The notes: generated by a model not told the origin, from the sequence alone. A stretch of 52,856 bases of DNA from Cyanobacteria bacterium J06626_4 (GCA_038523235.1 JBCBJQ010000032.1:1-52856); one strand, 5' to 3'. Positions 41,385 to 52,082 are shown, counted from the first letter of the stretch. Made by a program: numbers and translations.

Positions 41385-42287
41385 ATGGGGCTGAGGGGGG
41401 ATCAGACACCCCGCTGGGTGTGGATCATAAGCGGGCTGGTCGCCACGCTATTGCATACGGTGGCGGTATATGGGGCGATCGCGGTCTGGCAGACTCGCCG
41501 CAGCGCTGTGACCCCAGGGCCGATCAGCGTGATTGCTTTACCGCCGGGGACTGAGATCCCGTTCGAGTCAGCTCCGGCTCCCCTGGCCGAGTCAGTGTCG
41601 CCTCTCACCGCTGATGTCCCAACGGCAACTCAACCGGCCAGCGCGACCCCGGCTGGGACGCCGCGTCCCTTTGAACCGGTCGCCCCCACCGCGGTTACGC
41701 CTGCACCGAGACCGGTGGCTAGGCCGACTCAGCCCGCAGTCCCCCCCGTGTCCCCCAATGGACCCGCGCCCTCTCCTGCGCCAGCGGCACCGGCTACGCC
41801 TGCTAATCCACCGAATAATGGCCCTGGGGTTGTCCCACCGCCGGTGCCGCCCGAGTCTCCTGGTGAGGTCGCACTGCCTGCCCCGGTGCCGCCTGCGGGA
41901 GGTGCACCGCCAGCAGGGCCTGGGATCGCCGCCGCCTGGCGGCCTGAGCCAGCACCAGGCGGCGGCTCTGTCATTCATGACATCCCTCCCCAACTGCCTG
42001 TGACTTGGCCAGCGTCGGTCACCGCGTTGCTCACTAACGCTGGCTGTGCTGCTGGCATCAGCCCTGGCACGTCAGTCACCGTCACGCTGTGGCCCATCAT
42101 TGAAGCCGATGGTCAAATTTCTGAGTTTATTCCACGGACTGCTGAGAACGCGGGCAACGAAGGGCTGGTTAGCTGCATTCAAACGCTGCGATCGCAGATG
42201 CCTCCTTTGATTCCGGCCCAAGATGGCGGGGCGGCGATCGTCTCTGACGAGATTCTGATCGTTGTCGAAATTCGCAGCACTCAATAA
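41385..42287 (+). CDS. Membrane-anchored proline-rich protein, TonB-like architecture
   Basis: N-terminal transmembrane segment containing His (ATLLHTVAV), a long Pro/Ala linker and a small C-terminal domain with two Cys. Confidence 0.7.
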   Translation: MGLRGDQTPRWVWIISGLVATLLHTVAVYGAIAVWQTRRSAVTPGPISVIALPPGTEIPFESAPAPLAESVSPLTADVPTATQPASATPAGTPRPFEPVAPTAVTPAPRPVARPTQPAVPPVSPNGPAPSPAPAAPATPANPPNNGPGVVPPPVPPESPGEVALPAPVPPAGGAPPAGPGIAAAWRPEPAPGGGSVIHDIPPQLPVTWPASVTALLTNAGCAAGISPGTSVTVTLWPIIEADGQISEFIPRTAENAGNEGLVSCIQTLRSQMPPLIPAQDGGAAIVSDEILIVVEIRSTQ

Positions 42288-42348
42288 TGCGACCGAGAAT
42301 GACTGTTGCCGACAGCTTGACCAGGGCCTGCCTCGCCTTAGCTCCTTA

Positions 42349-42524
42349 GGAGCGGGAATTTAATAATGCGTCAATTTTCCCCTCTCGGGAGGGGTGTCCG
42401 CAGGGCGGGGTGGGTTCAATCTCAAGTACTCGCGGTTAACCCACCCCGTAAGCCCCTCCCAGGAGGGGAAGCGTGGTCGGCTTTGCCTCAGATCAAATTG
42501 AGGACTTTATTTAATCCTTGTTCC
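42349..42524. mobile_element. MITE-like element with TTA target duplication and internal palindromic repeats
   Basis: TTA at 42346-48 and 42525-27. Imperfect inverted ends of about 30 bp: GGAGCGGGAATTTAATAATGCGTCAATTT / AAATTGAGGACTTTATTTAATCCTTGTTCC. Internal TCCCCTC..GGGAGGGG...GGGGTGGGTT inverted pair at 42377-42470. Confidence 0.7.
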
Positions 42525-42536
42525 TTAGTGTGCAGT

Positions 42537-43121
42537 CTAGGGGTTGAGCAGCAGGCCATTCACATAGCGGCGAATAATCCCCTCTTGCTGCTCTCGACTC
42601 AGGCGATTGACCTGAATCAACGAATCTAGACTGATTCCGTTAACCAATGCCAGCAGAGCGTTCGCCTCAATCGCCGGGTTTATGTGAGTCCGCAGCAAGC
42701 CTTTTGCCTGCAGACTCATGAGCTCCTGCAGCATCAAGTCCCGAAGTTGAGCGGCACTCTGTTGATGCTGCTGCATCAGTGTGTCTTGCCCGACGGCATA
42801 GCCCAAAAATGCTACCCAGACTCTGAGGATATGCTGTCGCGACTCATCCAATGGCAAAAATACGATCAACATTTGGATTAACCTCTCTGCTCCAGCGACC
42901 GGCACCGGAGCCGCCTCCATCGCTGCTTGGAGTCGCGCCGTCACTTGATGAAGCGCAAACAGAAGTAACTCTTCCTTATTGCGAAAATAGTGCATGACAA
43001 CACCCGTTGTGCAGCTCATCTCCTGAGCGATCGCCCGCATACTTGCCCGATCCAGCCCTTCTCGAACAATGACCCGCCAGGCCGCTTCAGCGACCTCTAA
43101 GCGGCGATCATGCTGTGTCAT
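42537..43121 (-). CDS. TetR/BetI family transcriptional regulator
   Basis: HTH region AAWRVIVREGLDRASMRAIAQEMSCTTGVVMHYFRNKEEL. Confidence 0.92.
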   Translation of the reverse strand: MTQHDRRLEVAEAAWRVIVREGLDRASMRAIAQEMSCTTGVVMHYFRNKEELLLFALHQVTARLQAAMEAAPVPVAGAERLIQMLIVFLPLDESRQHILRVWVAFLGYAVGQDTLMQQHQQSAAQLRDLMLQELMSLQAKGLLRTHINPAIEANALLALVNGISLDSLIQVNRLSREQQEGIIRRYVNGLLLNP

Positions 43122-43203
43122 GCTCAAATCCCCACCTATCTGGATAGCGTGAATATCATCACGCGTTACAAACGCCCCGCTGCCCAACCGCCAGGAATCG
43201 CCG

Positions 43204-43253
43204 TTGACAAATATCATAACAGTCGTTATGCATAAAAGATGACAACTGTTATG
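43204..43253. promoter_or_regulatory. Promoter with tandem putative TetR operators
   Basis: TTGACA at 43204, palindrome CATAACAGTCGTTATG (43215-30) and near copy GATGACAACTGTTATG (43238-53). Confidence 0.7.
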
Positions 43254-43268
43254 AGGTTGAAGTTAGTG

Positions 43269-43868
43269 ATGCAATCCCCCACTTTGGTGCCTCGTTCGGG
43301 GCCGCTCGGCTGGTTAGATCAATTGATTGGGCCAGGCGCCACCCCGGCCGAAATCATGTTGCAATTGCTTCCCCCGCTAGCCGCCATGCTCGCTGCACCG
43401 GCCTATGCCTTGACCTTGCCAATGGCGTGGAGCGGCTGGCAATTAGGCATAATTTCTGTCCTTGGCTTCGACCTGGTGGGAGGGGTGTTGACCAATGCCA
43501 CATCAGCGGCCAAGCGCTGGTATCATCGACCCGGTCAAGGCTGGCGACAGCACTTAGCCTTCGTGATTCTGCATTTTGTTCATATTGCTTTAGTCGCCCT
43601 CCTCTTGCGAGGAGGAGATTGGCCTTTCTTTTTTGCCATCTCGGGATATCTTCTGGGGGCGGCGGTTTTGATTCTGAGGGTCCCGCTCTACCTACAGCGC
43701 CCCGTCGCGCTGGGACTGTATGGCTTGTCATTGCTGGGCGATCGCTACTGCTTGATGCCCACGCCCGGGATGGAATGGTTTCTATCGCTGTTTTTCTTGA
43801 AGCTCCTCGTGAGTCATCTCCTGCCTGAAACGCCCTATCAGCCAGAACCCTCTCAACGGTCTTCCTGA
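43269..43868 (+). CDS. Hypothetical integral membrane protein (probable TetR target)
   Basis: About six hydrophobic segments and DLVGGVLTNATSAAKRWYH. Divergent from tetR. The start could be 43239 or 43269. Confidence 0.8.
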   Translation: MQSPTLVPRSGPLGWLDQLIGPGATPAEIMLQLLPPLAAMLAAPAYALTLPMAWSGWQLGIISVLGFDLVGGVLTNATSAAKRWYHRPGQGWRQHLAFVILHFVHIALVALLLRGGDWPFFFAISGYLLGAAVLILRVPLYLQRPVALGLYGLSLLGDRYCLMPTPGMEWFLSLFFLKLLVSHLLPETPYQPEPSQRSS

Positions 43869-43897
43869 ATTATCTGATGGCCTTGTTGCACAGGCAA

Positions 43898-44004
43898 TAT
43901 AGCGCTGGCTACTTGGCTGAGTACACTGAGAAGCACTCTGAATCCTCAGCGCATCAGCAAAGTGGCTCTGTAGTCTTGTCCTCGACAGATTGGCGACTGC
44001 TATA
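43898..44004 (-). mobile_element. MITE family B, copy 2
   Basis: TATAGCGCTGGCTAC...AGATTGGCGACTGCTATA. Has TATA ends and matches 30881-30949. Confidence 0.7.
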
Positions 44005-44057
44005 GAGCGATCGCTACCGTGTGGCAGCGTTTTACTGCGGTCTGCTCAGGCGACTGG

Positions 44058-44975
44058 TTAAGTCGCATCAGTTTGCTCTGTCGCCGGCGGCTGCCGACGT
44101 CGATAGCGCTGACCGATCCATCCACCGAGCACCAAAATGCCAATATAGGGGCTGAAGACTAATAGCCACAGCGTCAGCTGCAGCAAACTTACACTCACCG
44201 TTTGGGCTGAGCTGGTGGCGGTTTGCCAGGTGTGACTGAGAGTTTCACCGACGGGTGAGGTAATGGGCGCCAGGGGTTGAGTACTGACCAGAGAGAGAGA
44301 AATGGTGGAATAGGCGACTCGGCTTTGGAGAGCTGTGGACTGAGCGTCTTGGCGTTCGATCGCTTCTCTAATCGTGCTGAGTTCGCGGCTGACCTCAAGC
44401 ACATCAGGAATAGAGCCAGAGCGCTCCATAATTTCCAACAGCGCTTCTTCTGACTGCCGGAGGTTGCGCACCCGAGCCTGTAGATCGACGAGTTGAGCCG
44501 CCACATCTTCGGCGGCGATTGTCTGCTCGGCGACATTGCCTAAGTTTCTCAGGGCTTCTAACGTGTTGTCTAAATTGGCTTGAGGCACCCGTATCTGCAA
44601 GCTGACCTGACGCGGCTGGGTCGCCTGATTTTCTTGATCAGATAGGGAGAGCAAATCGCCTTGATTTTCCGCCAGAATATTGGAGATGGCTTTGACCGCT
44701 TCATCAACATCGGCTGACTCGATGCGCAGAGAGGCATTTTTGATCAGCTTTGGCGAGTGCTGTAGATCAGGGGTGGGAATAGACGAGCTGCGATTGCCCG
44801 CGCTTTCTGCTGAGACTGCACTATCACCTGGTGCCGAGGCGGGAGCCTCTTGAATCGCCGTTTCACTGCCGGTTGGCGCGCTGCTGCAGCCAACAGTTGC
44901 CGCCAAGCTTAAAAGCCCGGCAAGGGCAGCAAGGCGGAAGTTAATGGAAGTCGGTTTAATCATCATGGTGCTCAC
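44058..44975 (-). CDS. DUF4349 domain-containing lipoprotein
   Basis: Lipobox AATVGC, KLIKNASL, IRVP, AEDVAAQLVDLQARVRNL, RVAYSTI and a C-terminal transmembrane segment. Confidence 0.88.
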   Translation of the reverse strand: MSTMMIKPTSINFRLAALAGLLSLAATVGCSSAPTGSETAIQEAPASAPGDSAVSAESAGNRSSSIPTPDLQHSPKLIKNASLRIESADVDEAVKAISNILAENQGDLLSLSDQENQATQPRQVSLQIRVPQANLDNTLEALRNLGNVAEQTIAAEDVAAQLVDLQARVRNLRQSEEALLEIMERSGSIPDVLEVSRELSTIREAIERQDAQSTALQSRVAYSTISLSLVSTQPLAPITSPVGETLSHTWQTATSSAQTVSVSLLQLTLWLLVFSPYIGILVLGGWIGQRYRRRQPPATEQTDAT

Positions 44976-45183
44976 TTTCCAACTGACGTAGGTCTAGTAT
45001 GAAAAATGAGCACGAGGCGGAAGCCAGAGTTGCGAGAATTGAAACCAGTACAGGGACTTAAAGCCCGTCATCAATTAGCCACCAGACGCTTATGGGATAG
45101 GCATTACCGTGCCCGTTCCGCCAACCACGCTAGGGCTGAAACTTTTGTGGTACCGGTCATGAGCCGCTAACGGGTGACAACCC

Positions 45184-45393
45184 CTAGTAGGCTAGAGTCT
45201 CCAAAGTTTCCCGCAGATAGAGACGCACTTGCTTGTCGAGCGATGAAGCGGTTAAGGAAGGGGATTGTTGCTGTTTCCAGCCCTTAAAGCCAGAGCTATT
45301 GGCGATCGCTGTCCTGAGATTGGCCCACGTTGTGCTGTCTTCAGAGGCATCATGCGTCTTGGCCGAAGAGAACTGGGTCATGAATGTTGCCAT
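45184..45393 (-). CDS. Small conserved cyanobacterial hypothetical protein
   Basis: AIANSSGF and C-terminal VRLYLRETLETLAY, a motif I recognise from a widespread cyanobacterial small-protein family. Confidence 0.75.
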   Translation of the reverse strand: MATFMTQFSSAKTHDASEDSTTWANLRTAIANSSGFKGWKQQQSPSLTASSLDKQVRLYLRETLETLAY

Positions 45394-45661
45394 AGTGTGA
45401 GAACAAGAGAGAACCCTGAGGAAGCCTACACTCTCTCAAAGTCCTTTCAGGATAGCGTACGGATTTGACGACCGATTGTAGGAACCACCACACTTTCAGC
45501 AGAATCTACCGCGCTGTGCTCCATTGGTGGCGATCTATTCTTGCTCCTGGATTACGCCTGAGAGATTGTCCTTTAGCCTAGCCCCGCAGCCAGAAAAATC
45601 TTTCCGTGACGATTGCTCCTCACCCCACTTCGGTGATCAAAACGCTGTTTTGAATAACGCC

Positions 45662-47005
45662 TTAAGATTCTTGGGACAACACAGAAGCCTTGGCATCGTC
45701 TGTTGAGGACGTTGTTGGGGCCTGGAAATCGCTCTCATTACTAGCGGTAATGGCGGCTGCATCGCTGACGGTTAGCTCAGTCGGGATGACTGTATCATCG
45801 CCTTCTATCTGGCTTGGCTCAGGCGGTTCGTCCGTCGTGGACGGGTCTGAGATTTCTGCCACTTCTAAGACTCCTGAGGCGTTGAAAGTATGAGCTTCAG
45901 CCCCTTCAGCATCATGTCTTGCCTCCGGTTCTACTGATGAGTCAACCGTGATGTCTTGAACCAACGACTCTGATTGCGCTGTGGTTGGGGCAACCGCCGC
46001 CGCATCGGTCAGAGAAGTGTTTGGTGAACTCGATGAAGCGTCAGGATTGAGCGCACTGGCCGATGCGTCATGATCCGTGTCGGCCAAATCGGACTCCGTG
46101 TCAGCTAAATTAGCTTGGTTGTCGTTTGGCGCATTGACTGAGGCTGAAAGATGGCTGGGTGCCGATACGGTGTCGGACTCAATCTCGTCATCAAGGGAAT
46201 CAGCGGTTTCACCCCTGTTCGTTGAGGGTGCGTCGGATGTTGCTGGGGTGTCTGTGGGGGGAGGACTTGGCGTCAGGGTCTCATTGAGAGACTCTGGGCT
46301 GGCGGCACTGGAGCCCACTGCTTCCGTGACCGCAGTCTCAGAGATAGGCATCGCCTCGGCTACCGAGTCCGATATAGTGGGTGGCGTGGTCTCGGCGACA
46401 GGTAGCCCCTCTGCCGGGAGCAGGTCAGGGAGAATGCGCTCTAACCGCAGCCCGATAACCATGAACTTTTTCAGGATGGCAGTTGATTCGAATGGCTCAG
46501 TTTTTTGGCGGGTCGTGGGCGAAATCAGCAGTAAAGGAATCACGGTCGCCGGAACCTGCACAAACAGGTTGGCGCATAGAAAGGCGATCGACGCAATCGC
46601 CCAGCCAGTCGGGCGAGATTTGGTGGCAAATGGAGTCATGTCGGCCGCGATCGGCGCGAGCTGATAAAGCCAGTAAAGCCCCAATAAAAGCGCGATCGCG
46701 CTGCAAATCACCAAGAGTCGGCTCAACAGGGTGCGCTGCAGCGAGAGCAAGCGGCGGCGCTCGACCGATAGCTGATCAGGGCGCAGAGCCAATCCCGGCA
46801 CACTAAAAATGTAAAAGGGTCGCTGCAGCTGCATCCATAGGATGGGCAGCGTGCCTACCAACCCCAGCGTAAACAACTCGACGGCCGGTGCCACCACGGG
46901 GTCACCCACCGCGAGCCCTGCCAAACAGATATCCAACCAGAACGGCACGGTCGCCAAGCCAGCTAGGTGTATCCAGAGGTAGGGATCGCGGTGGGGAAGA
47001 GTCAT
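45662..47005 (-). CDS. Low-complexity-tail membrane protein
   Basis: DPYLWIHLAGLA, LAVGDP, WMQLQRPFYIFS, about four transmembrane segments and a long acidic S/T/D/E tail. Located after infB. Confidence 0.85.
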   Translation of the reverse strand: MTLPHRDPYLWIHLAGLATVPFWLDICLAGLAVGDPVVAPAVELFTLGLVGTLPILWMQLQRPFYIFSVPGLALRPDQLSVERRRLLSLQRTLLSRLLVICSAIALLLGLYWLYQLAPIAADMTPFATKSRPTGWAIASIAFLCANLFVQVPATVIPLLLISPTTRQKTEPFESTAILKKFMVIGLRLERILPDLLPAEGLPVAETTPPTISDSVAEAMPISETAVTEAVGSSAASPESLNETLTPSPPPTDTPATSDAPSTNRGETADSLDDEIESDTVSAPSHLSASVNAPNDNQANLADTESDLADTDHDASASALNPDASSSSPNTSLTDAAAVAPTTAQSESLVQDITVDSSVEPEARHDAEGAEAHTFNASGVLEVAEISDPSTTDEPPEPSQIEGDDTVIPTELTVSDAAAITASNESDFQAPTTSSTDDAKASVLSQES

Positions 47006-47013
47006 AGCATGGG

Positions 47014-49986
47014 TTAGACGGGCGACAACTTGCGACGTTGGGTGACCAGCTTGAAGGCTTGAATGATATCGCCTTCTTTCCAGCCGTTAAAGTTGTCGAC
47101 CCCGATGCCACATTCAAAGCCCGCGGCCACTTCTTTAACGTCGTCTTTCATCCGCTTAAGGGAATCAAGATTGCCTTCATAGGCCGCTTCATTGCCCCGC
47201 TGAACCCGAATGCGACAGTTGCGTGTCACCTTGCCAGACAATACATAACACCCGGCAACAGTGCCTTTGCGAACGGGGAAGACAGCTCGAACTTCGACTT
47301 CGCCTAGGGGTTCTTCGACCAGTTCGGGTTCTAACAAACCTTCCATCGCACCTTGAATATCATCCAGCAGGTTGTAGATGATGTCGTAGTCGCGGACGTC
47401 AACGCCTTGACGGTCTGCCGCTTGGCGCGCACCGGGGGCTAGGGTGGTGTTAAAGCCAATCAGAACCGCGTTACTGGCAGCGGCTAAATCAACATCCGTT
47501 TCACTAATTTCGCCCGGTGCCCCGAGTAAGACTCGGATTTGCACTTCATTTTGCGGTAGTTGCTGCAGCGCCGCTAAAATTGCCTCAATCGACCCCTGTA
47601 CATCTCCTTTAAGGATAATGTTGAGCTCTTTGAGGTCACCCTCTTGAGCCTGGGCAGAGAGACTGCTCAGGGTAACTCGGCGAGAAGCCATGGCCTGCTG
47701 CAAGCGGGAGCGTCGCTGTTCATCGGAGCGCGAATCGGCAATACTGCGCGCTTCACGTTCGTCGGCAAAGACTTCAAACTCATCGCCCGCCGCCGGCACA
47801 TCGTTGAGACCCAGTACTTCAACAGCAAACGAAGGCGTGGCTGCAGTGACCCGATCGCCGCGATCGCCGATCATCGCCCTCACTTTGCCGAAAACCGAAC
47901 CGGCAACGACACTATCGCCGACTTTGAGGGTGCCATTTTGCACCAGCAACGAGGCGACCGGGCCCCGAGCTTTATCAAGATTGGCCTCGATGATGGTGCC
48001 CTTAGCCAAGCTATCGGGGTTGGCGTGTAAATCTTCCACCTCAGAGACGAGCAAGAGCATTTCTAGCAGGGTGTCGAGATTATCACCATTGATGGCACTG
48101 ACGGGAACCACAATGGTTTCACCACCCCACTCTTCGGGCACTAAGCCGTGCTCCATGAGTTCTTGCTTGACCCGGTCGGGCTGAGCTGTCTCTTTATCGA
48201 TTTTGTTGACCGCGACCACAATGGGCACTTCAGCCGCTCTGGCGTGACTGATCGCTTCAATCGTCTGAGGCCGCACCCCATCATCTGCGGCGACCACCAG
48301 AATGGCAATATCGGTGACTCGCGTACCGCGGGCTCGCATAGCGGTGAAGGCTTCGTGACCGGGGGTATCGAGAAAGACGATTTGCTGCTCACCCCCATCA
48401 TGTTCGATATCAACGTGATAGGCCCCAATGTGCTGGGTAATGCCACCGGCCTCGCCCTGAGCCACTTTGGTTTTGCGAATGGAATCGAGCAGAGTGGTTT
48501 TACCGTGATCGACGTGACCCATGATGGTCACCACGGGCGGTCGCTTCGAGAGATTCTCTAAGTCATCAGCGGTCAACATTTCTGTGACCTTTTTCGCTTC
48601 CGATTCGACCTCGGCGGTTTCCACCACAATTTCGAACTCTTCTGCCACCATCTTGGCAGTTGCGATATCCAGGGTTTGGTTGATATTCGTCGCAATGCCC
48701 TTGAAAAACAGCAGCTTGATGATCTCGGTTTCCGGCACCTTGATCAAACTAGCCAGTTCATGCACCGAGAGCCCAGTGCTCAAGGTGACCATTTCTGGTC
48801 GCTCGGGTTCTTCGTTTTGGTTGCGGCGATCGCGCCGTTGATTACGACTACTTTCACCGCGCTGCTGTGGCGGCTTGTGAGACTTGGGTGTGCTGGGTGG
48901 TTTGGGACTAGACTTGGACTTTGGCTTGGGCGGGCGGGCGATCGAGACGCTCAAGGCCGCCGAAGCTCCGTTATCATTCAGGTCACCCGTGACCTCGTCA
49001 ATATCCGCCAGGATGTCTTCTTCCTGATGCTTCAGGAGATCATGACCCCGCCGCTTCGTTTTGGCTTTGGTAGTTTTTTGTTGCTCTTGCTCGTCTTCTT
49101 CGCGCTCTTTCCCTTTGCGCTTCTGGCGAGGCGGCGACGGCCGTCGCAAAATGGGTTCTTCAACCACATCGCCCGGTACGGCGGCGGTATCATCTTCATC
49201 CTGTGACGTATCGTCGTCGATGGCTTCTGACCGTTTGGGCTTCGGCCGACGGAGCTCGGGCTTGGGCTTGAGCTGAGGTGCTTCTTCCTCTTCGTCAATT
49301 TCGCGAATCTCAATCCGCGTCGGCTGAGAGGGATCGCCGCCCCGATCAGCACTGCGATCGCGCTTCTTGAGAACTGGCCGCGAGGGACGCTCTGGTCGTG
49401 AAGGCCGACTCGGGGGCCCAGCTAGTTCGAGATCAGGCTGCTCAACTGTGCCCTCGCGCGACTCTGGCCGATCGACCTGACGCGAAACCGGCGAGCGGGG
49501 CATCGCGGGCTTCGGCATAGCTACTTCGCCCGGACGCTTGGGCCGAGGCCGAGGTACTGCCGAGGGTGACTGAACCGCAGCGGGACGACTGGGGGGAGCA
49601 CTCGCTTCATCGCCGACCGGGGCGACAGAACTGGTAGCGGCACCGGTCGCTTCAGACGGGGCAGGAGTGGGAGCCACCGCTGGCTTGGGGCGATGTCGCC
49701 GAATTTCTAAAATCTGTTGCTTCTTGGCTGGCCGTGGAGTCTCTTTTGCAGTCGGAGCCGTGGGCTTTTGAGGACGACGAGGAGGAGAAGGCTTAGTCGG
49801 CTTGTTGAGTAGTTTTCCTGACGTTTGCTTGACCTCGTTCTGAATCTTGACTGCATCGTCACTCGTGATACTGCTGCTGTGGCTTTTCGCCGAAATCTCT
49901 AAGCGCTCACAGATGGCCAGAATATCCTTATTTTCCAATCCGAGTTCCTTCGATAATTCGTATATTCTGACTTTGCCGTTGTTCAT
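47014..49986 (-). CDS. infB: Translation initiation factor IF-2
   Basis: [45 protein letters not shown] and GFECGI. Confidence 0.97.
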   Translation of the reverse strand: MNNGKVRIYELSKELGLENKDILAICERLEISAKSHSSSITSDDAVKIQNEVKQTSGKLLNKPTKPSPPRRPQKPTAPTAKETPRPAKKQQILEIRRHRPKPAVAPTPAPSEATGAATSSVAPVGDEASAPPSRPAAVQSPSAVPRPRPKRPGEVAMPKPAMPRSPVSRQVDRPESREGTVEQPDLELAGPPSRPSRPERPSRPVLKKRDRSADRGGDPSQPTRIEIREIDEEEEAPQLKPKPELRRPKPKRSEAIDDDTSQDEDDTAAVPGDVVEEPILRRPSPPRQKRKGKEREEDEQEQQKTTKAKTKRRGHDLLKHQEEDILADIDEVTGDLNDNGASAALSVSIARPPKPKSKSSPKPPSTPKSHKPPQQRGESSRNQRRDRRNQNEEPERPEMVTLSTGLSVHELASLIKVPETEIIKLLFFKGIATNINQTLDIATAKMVAEEFEIVVETAEVESEAKKVTEMLTADDLENLSKRPPVVTIMGHVDHGKTTLLDSIRKTKVAQGEAGGITQHIGAYHVDIEHDGGEQQIVFLDTPGHEAFTAMRARGTRVTDIAILVVAADDGVRPQTIEAISHARAAEVPIVVAVNKIDKETAQPDRVKQELMEHGLVPEEWGGETIVVPVSAINGDNLDTLLEMLLLVSEVEDLHANPDSLAKGTIIEANLDKARGPVASLLVQNGTLKVGDSVVAGSVFGKVRAMIGDRGDRVTAATPSFAVEVLGLNDVPAAGDEFEVFADEREARSIADSRSDEQRRSRLQQAMASRRVTLSSLSAQAQEGDLKELNIILKGDVQGSIEAILAALQQLPQNEVQIRVLLGAPGEISETDVDLAAASNAVLIGFNTTLAPGARQAADRQGVDVRDYDIIYNLLDDIQGAMEGLLEPELVEEPLGEVEVRAVFPVRKGTVAGCYVLSGKVTRNCRIRVQRGNEAAYEGNLDSLKRMKDDVKEVAAGFECGIGVDNFNGWKEGDIIQAFKLVTQRRKLSPV

Positions 49987-50239
49987 CCAAATCTCCCTCG
50001 TCGATACCGCTATTCCATAAAACAAACCTGCTTTGCTAGACAAAACTTACATTGACTCGTTGCCGCAAACTGCCGCAACCCTAAAACTCAAGCTATCAAA
50101 ACTAGGCTTATAGGTCTCAAAGAGCACATAAACGTCAACTCTCTAAGCGAATGTGTGTTTCTTGGCAGAGCACTATGCTACCAAACCCTAATCATACTGT
50201 AATCACCCGTTGAGCTAATGTTCCACGGGAATCTCTTAA

Positions 50240-50548
50240 CTATAGGAGCTTTTCACCCAGAGTCGATGATTCCGGTAGGGGCTCAGAGCCGGCGATAGTA
50301 GGGTGGGTTAACCGTTGCTGCAGCTGTTGGTAAATCTGCTCGGAAACCGGTGCCTTTAAGGCTCGACCCAGCCGATTTTTCTTATGAGCGGCTTTGAGGC
50401 AGGCGGCCGTCGGGCAGAGGTAGGCCGATCGCCCCATCCCCTCGTCTAATTGTACTGTGCCAGTGGGATAGACTCGCACGACTCGCCACAGGGCTGATTT
50501 AGGAGCGATCTCGCGGCAGCTCACGCAGCGTCGGAGGTTGGGTTGCAT
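50240..50548 (-). CDS. ylxR: YlxR/DUF448 family RNA-binding protein
   Basis: RRCVSCR, GRSAYLC and RLGRALK, located between nusA and infB. Confidence 0.92.
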   Translation of the reverse strand: MQPNLRRCVSCREIAPKSALWRVVRVYPTGTVQLDEGMGRSAYLCPTAACLKAAHKKNRLGRALKAPVSEQIYQQLQQRLTHPTIAGSEPLPESSTLGEKLL

Positions 50549-50573
50549 AACGTGAACGTGATGGCGGCAACCA

Positions 50574-52082
50574 TCACTCCTCTTCCGGGGCAGCACTGAC
50601 GCTAGTCGCCTCACTCGCGGCAGTCGCCTCAGCTGCGGCTGCTTCCTCATCTGCCACACCGTCTGGAGCTGTCTCCTCCGCCTCCAGCGCGACTGCTGCC
50701 TCGGCTGGCAGCGTGGCCGTGGTGTCTGCTGTGTCTGCTGTGTCTGCTGGTTCTGGTGCTTCTCCTGCTGCTGCCGCTTCGGCCGCTAAACGGGCGGCTT
50801 TCTCCGCTTCGTAGGCCTCGTCTTCCGCTTTCCAGGCGGCTAGCTCGGCGGCCTCGGCGGCTTCCTTCTCTAGACGTGCTTCTTCAGCCGCTTGGCGAAT
50901 CGCCAGCTGCTCGGCAATCTTCTGGTCTTCTTCGGCATAGTCGTATTTAGCCGTATCTTTGATGTCAATTTTCCAGCCGGTGAGCTTGGCGGCGAGGCGC
51001 ACATTTTGCCCTTCTTTACCAATGGCTAAGCTGAGTTGATCTTCGGGCACGAGCACATGGGCCTGCCGGTCTTCGGGATTCATCAGGCGCACTTCATCCA
51101 CTCGGGCCGGGCTGAGGGCATTGGCGATGTACGTGGCTGGGTCAAGCGAATAGCGAATGACGTCAATTTTTTCCCCCCGTAATTCGCTCACGACCGCTTG
51201 AATGCGCGATCCCCGAGCGCCAATACAGGCACCGACGGGGTCGACATCGCGTTCGGCGGTGTCCACAGCAATTTTGGTTCTTGGCCCGACAGAGCGAGAG
51301 GGCGGGTTTGCTTCGCGGGCGACGGCCACGATGCGCACAATTTCGTCTTCAATCTCGGGCACTTCGTTGGAAAACAGCTCAACGACTAGGGCCGCGTCGG
51401 CGCGCGAAACCAATAGTTGAGGACCGCGGTGGGAGCCTTCGGACACTTTCTTGAGCACGACCCGAAACTTGGAGTTAGGGCGGTAATTGTCGTTGGGCAG
51501 CTGATCACGCTTTAGCAACTCGGCTTCGACTTCCGGCTGGCCGGTGCCGCTGCTGACGGTCATGATGACGGACTGCCGTTCAAACCGCTGCACCGTCGAA
51601 GTGAGGACGGTGCCTTCCAGCTCTTGAAATTCTTCTTGAATCAGCTTGCGCTGCTGGTCGCGGAGTTTTTGGGCAAGCACCTGTTTGGTCTGAATTGCCG
51701 CCATGCGACCAAAGTCTTTTTGCTCAGGGGTCACGTCGAGCACCACGGTATCGCCGACTTGCGCTTCTGGGGCGACTTCTAACACTTCCGCGAGGGCAAT
51801 CTGGTGGTCGGCATTTTCGACCTCTTCGGCAATGGTTTTGGAGGCCAACACCCGAAACCCCTGGTCATCCTCGTATTCGACGTCGAGTTCAACGTCGAAA
51901 TTATCGAAGTAGCCCTCATCAAAATGAATGTCTTCGGCCACGCGCTGGGTGCGACGAAAGCGCTCGTAGCCCTTGAGCAAAGCCTCTCGTAGGGCATTTT
52001 CGACGGCATGTTTAGGCAGATTGCGCTCGCGACTGATGCTATCGATTAGGTCTTGTAGGTTGGGCAGGCTGACTAAGGACAT
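50574..52082 (-). CDS. nusA: Transcription termination/antitermination factor NusA
   Basis: FGRMAAIQTKQ, EVPEIED, DPVGACIGARGSRI and LSLAIGKEGQNVRLAAKLTGW, plus an acidic Ala-rich tail. Confidence 0.97.
   Translation of the reverse strand: MSLVSLPNLQDLIDSISRERNLPKHAVENALREALLKGYERFRRTQRVAEDIHFDEGYFDNFDVELDVEYEDDQGFRVLASKTIAEEVENADHQIALAEVLEVAPEAQVGDTVVLDVTPEQKDFGRMAAIQTKQVLAQKLRDQQRKLIQEEFQELEGTVLTSTVQRFERQSVIMTVSSGTGQPEVEAELLKRDQLPNDNYRPNSKFRVVLKKVSEGSHRGPQLLVSRADAALVVELFSNEVPEIEDEIVRIVAVAREANPPSRSVGPRTKIAVDTAERDVDPVGACIGARGSRIQAVVSELRGEKIDVIRYSLDPATYIANALSPARVDEVRLMNPEDRQAHVLVPEDQLSLAIGKEGQNVRLAAKLTGWKIDIKDTAKYDYAEEDQKIAEQLAIRQAAEEARLEKEAAEAAELAAWKAEDEAYEAEKAARLAAEAAAAGEAPEPADTADTADTTATLPAEAAVALEAEETAPDGVADEEAAAAEATAASEATSVSAAPEEE

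Noticed and set aside
45477..45492. NtcA-like GTA-N8-CAC
   Set aside because: Imperfect half-site with no supporting promoter spacing.
50722..50748. 9-bp x3 tandem repeat in nusA (ADT-ADT-ADT)
   Set aside because: Ordinary slippage in a low-complexity tail.
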